The notes under the pieces: generated by a model
What the model saw: only the letters and a program-made list of their open reading frames with translations
The model's database searches: none
What the model was told of the DNA's origin: nothing
Position numbers and translations under genes: made by a program
Shown: one piece after another, positions 61,894 to 64,000 of the stretch
Layout: each line of letters begins with the position of its first letter
How positions within the stretch are numbered: position 1 is the first letter of the stretch
Source: Gammaproteobacteria bacterium
GTDB lineage: Bacteria > Pseudomonadota > Gammaproteobacteria > SZUA-140
Assembly (NCBI GenBank): GCA_016218365.1
Contig: JACREF010000019.1
Coordinates: forward strand, 4,543 to 68,542
Length of the DNA stretch: 64,000 nt
Direction of reading: 5' to 3'

Positions 61894-63001
61894 GATCCGC
61901 CGCCCGCTTGCGCTCACGCCGCCCTTCGTTCTGCAGCGGCGTGCCCTTGAAGTGCCCGTTATCGTGCATACCGTAAGACTTCTTCATCGAATCGCTGTAA
62001 TAGTAATCGGGATCATCATCAGCCATGCCGGCATGGGCATCACCCTCGACCACCGGCTTGATGCCGTCATAGGCGATCATCGTCATCGTGCCACCGCCAT
62101 GCTTGCCATTATTGGTCACATGCGTATCAACATGGTCATGCACCATGAACAGACCCGGATTGTCCATCTCGATGATTGCATCATAGCGCTCGCCCGGACC
62201 GATCAGGATGGTATCGGCGTAATACGGCGCCGGCAACGCATTGCCATCCTTGTGGGTGATCAGCATGTCGTGACCATGCGGATGGATGGCATGGATCTCC
62301 TCGCCGGCGCCAAACATCCGTAACCGCAGCACATCACCCTTCTTGACATGGATCGGCTGGGTCAATGGAAAGGAACGGCCATTGATCGAAAAGTAATTGT
62401 GGCGATCCAGCGGGCTGCCGCCGAAGCCCAAGCGCTCGGCATACTGCGAATCCCACGAACTGAGCATCATGATCACATCCTTGGTGACCTTCTTCTCGAT
62501 CGGCAGCGGTTTGACCGGATCGACGATCAGCGGCCCCCACATGCCACGCATGGCAACGTGCTCGCTGACATTGACATGACAGTGGTACCAGGTCGTGCCG
62601 CTCTTCTCGGCCTTGAACGTGTAGGTGAAGGTCTCACCCGGCTCGATCGCCTTCTGGCTGACGCCCGGCACGCCGTCCATCTGCCAGTTGTTGCGCTGAT
62701 ACTGGCCATGCCAGTGGATGGTATGCGGCAGCGTGGTGTTGTTGGTAATGTGGGCGGTGATATCGTCACCCTGCTTGACGTGGATCAGCGGGGCCGGCAC
62801 CTGGCCGTTGAAGGCAAACACCTGATATTCCAGATCCGGCGCCACGCGGATCTTCATCTCGTCGATGGTCATGCTGAACTCACGCTGTTCGGCCCTAGCC
62901 GTCCCTGCCAGCGCCAACCCGAGCATCAGTAACATGACCGATGCAAACAAGCCGCCCCGCTTGTTGCTGGTGGTCAGGCCTATAATCCTTGATATCGCCA
63001 T
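61877..63001 (-). CDS. Multicopper oxidase (NcgA-like blue copper oxidase)
   Basis: GGAGGG lies upstream of the ATG at 63001. 'HTIHWHG', 'WYHCHVNVSEHVAMRGMWG', 'IHPHGH' and 'VHDHVDTH' are copper-ligand motifs. Confidence 0.85.
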   Translation of the reverse strand: MAISRIIGLTTSNKRGGLFASVMLLMLGLALAGTARAEQREFSMTIDEMKIRVAPDLEYQVFAFNGQVPAPLIHVKQGDDITAHITNNTTLPHTIHWHGQYQRNNWQMDGVPGVSQKAIEPGETFTYTFKAEKSGTTWYHCHVNVSEHVAMRGMWGPLIVDPVKPLPIEKKVTKDVIMMLSSWDSQYAERLGFGGSPLDRHNYFSINGRSFPLTQPIHVKKGDVLRLRMFGAGEEIHAIHPHGHDMLITHKDGNALPAPYYADTILIGPGERYDAIIEMDNPGLFMVHDHVDTHVTNNGKHGGGTMTMIAYDGIKPVVEGDAHAGMADDDPDYYYSDSMKKSYGMHDNGHFKGTPLQNEGRRERKRAADHDAHH

Positions 63002-63138
63002 ACCGCCCTCCGTTTTTTTTGTTGTAGACGTACTGCTCTCTGCCCGCTGACTACCCTCTGCTGATGACTCAGGGACCAAATGATACTCCGACCCTAAGCT
63101 TTCCTTAATATTCATCTTGGGGATATCTTTACACCTAA

Positions 63139-63161
63139 AAGATGTATTTTCAACATACCTT
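63139..63161. promoter_or_regulatory. Candidate NsrR-type operator upstream of the nirK cluster
   Basis: AAGATGTATTT-T-CAACATACCTT. The left half matches the enterobacterial NsrR half-site AAGATGCATTT at 10/11 positions. The right half is weak (about 6/11). Confidence 0.3.
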
Positions 63162-63226
63162 TTCAGTCAACAATTAGCGCGCGACCCGCCACGACGCCCT
63201 GTCCGGGCATCAGGCCTCTGCAGGTT

Positions 63227-63386
63227 GTTGAAAAACAGCCTGTGTGCGGCGCAAGGACGCGCCGCCATTTTTCAAGCCGAGTTTATCTGCTTGAAAAATG
63301 GAGCAAAGCAAAAATCACATTTTTTGCTTTGCGGGTTGAAAAAGGGCATGGACGGCCTTTTTCAACATCCTGCTAGTGGGTAGCAG
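63227..63386. repeat. Array of five contiguous perfect stem-loops built around TTGAAAAA/TTTTTCAA cores
   Basis: Stems are 63247-63264 (6 bp), 63265-63301 (13 bp), 63303-63332 (12 bp), 63335-63366 (11 bp) and 63370-63386 (6 bp). An extra TTGAAAAA core lies at 63228. Confidence 0.85.
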
Positions 63387-63415
63387 TAGAAACAACGTAT
63401 TGAAATGGATTGTAG

Positions 63416-64000
63416 TTATGCGGCTGCCAGTGCTGCGGCGGGCCGGTTCAGATCGCTGGCCCCACCAACTCGGTACCCCATAGCCCGATAGCCGCGCTGG
63501 CGCTTGTCCCACATCCGCAGCAGTGCCGGGTGGCCAGCGTCGACGAAGTCGATAACCCGTACATCGGTCTTGGTCGCGTGCTCACGGTGCAGACGCCCGG
63601 CGTATTGCTGTAGCGTACCCTTCCACGAGATCGGCATCGCCAGCACCAGGGTGTCCAGCGGCGGATGGTCGAAACCCTCGCCGATCAGCTTGCCAGAGGC
63701 CAGCAGTGCGCGCGGTGCATCCGGTGGCAGGGCTGCGAGTTCGTCGATCAACAGATTCCGCTTCTTTTTCGACATCCGGCCATGCAGCGTGAAGAGATTC
63801 GGGACGCGGCCGTCCAGCGCTGCTCCAATGGCTGTCAGGTGGTCGGTGCGTTCCGTCAACACAAGGACTTTTCGCCCTTGATCGAAATTGCCCTCAATCT
63901 CGGCTGCGATCACTGCCGTACGAACGGGATCGTTCGCGATCTGTCTAAAAACATCCTGAATAGCCGCGTCAGCAGGCAGATCGATCCGCGTTGACAGCAT
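63416..64000 (-). CDS. Superfamily-2 (DEAD/DEAH / Res-type) helicase, C-terminal domain only (5' part outside window)
   Basis: Helicase motifs IV-VI: 'VLVLTERTDH', 'LIGEGFDHPPLDTLVL' and 'QQYAGRLHR'. The ORF runs to the window edge. Confidence 0.7.
   Translation of the reverse strand: MLSTRIDLPADAAIQDVFRQIANDPVRTAVIAAEIEGNFDQGRKVLVLTERTDHLTAIGAALDGRVPNLFTLHGRMSKKKRNLLIDELAALPPDAPRALLASGKLIGEGFDHPPLDTLVLAMPISWKGTLQQYAGRLHREHATKTDVRVIDFVDAGHPALLRMWDKRQRGYRAMGYRVGGASDLNRPAAALAAA

Noticed and set aside
63228-63366. TTGAAAAA/TTTTTCAA cores considered as FNR/CRP/Dnr-type boxes (TTGAT-N4-ATCAA) for anaerobic control of nirK.
   Set aside because: The spacing between inverted cores is 22-40 nt, not 4. 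The flanking bases extend into long perfect stems. That fits nucleic-acid structure better than a dimeric CRP-family operator.
63227-63386. Hairpin array considered as integron attC sites (GTTGAAA...TTTCAAC resembles R'/R'' cores) or as a CRISPR array.
   Set aside because: There are no cassettes or ORFs between the palindromes and no intI or cas genes. The units are adjacent rather than spaced by unique 30-40 nt spacers. The cores deviate from GTTRRRY/RYYYAAC.

Overview
This is a roughly 60% GC proteobacterial chromosome segment with gamma-proteobacterial gene order. It is dominated by housekeeping genes, almost all with clear family motifs.

Main conserved blocks:
- putA, rimO
- dnaB-alr-radA (translationally coupled)
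- rpsF-rpsR-DUF2232-rplI
- rnr-rlmB
- miaA-hfq-hflXKC-DUF2065-hisZ-purA
- cysG, serS, tilS-accA-dnaE-rnhB
- tRNA-Leu(CAG) and tRNA-Ser(UGA)

Accessory or atypical stretches:
1. 19.1-25.7 kb: a small secreted protein, TolC, a DUF2892-like protein, an OmpR/HK two-component pair and a divergent SelO-like protein.
2. 33.5-40.9 kb: a 966-aa cadherin/FG-GAP lipoprotein, divergent from an MFP plus ATPase plus two FtsX permeases.
3. 42.2-45.4 kb: decayed gene fragments next to tRNA-Ser, plus a 736-aa internally duplicated secreted protein.
4. 59.5-63.4 kb: an ncgABC-nirK-type copper nitrite reductase cluster flanked by a MITE and an array of perfect hairpins.

I found no transposase, integrase, CRISPR array, rRNA or recognisable defence operon, and I cannot point to a clear multi-gene novel system.

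The most unusual things I can actually see:
- An intact AlkB-fold gene whose HxD...H iron triad reads RxE...R. It is coupled to a small ORF broken by a 10-nt tandem duplication.
- Hairpin-rich repeat modules inserted inside the ribosomal-protein operon, with compensatory stem changes.
- A TTAAGGAA-ended MITE family.
- Three CsrB-type CAGGAYG motifs in the rnhB-dnaE spacer, 6 kb from an orphan csrA.
- A block of five back-to-back perfect stem-loops built on TTGAAAAA/TTTTTCAA cores.

All functional calls come from motif recognition by eye. No database search was run.
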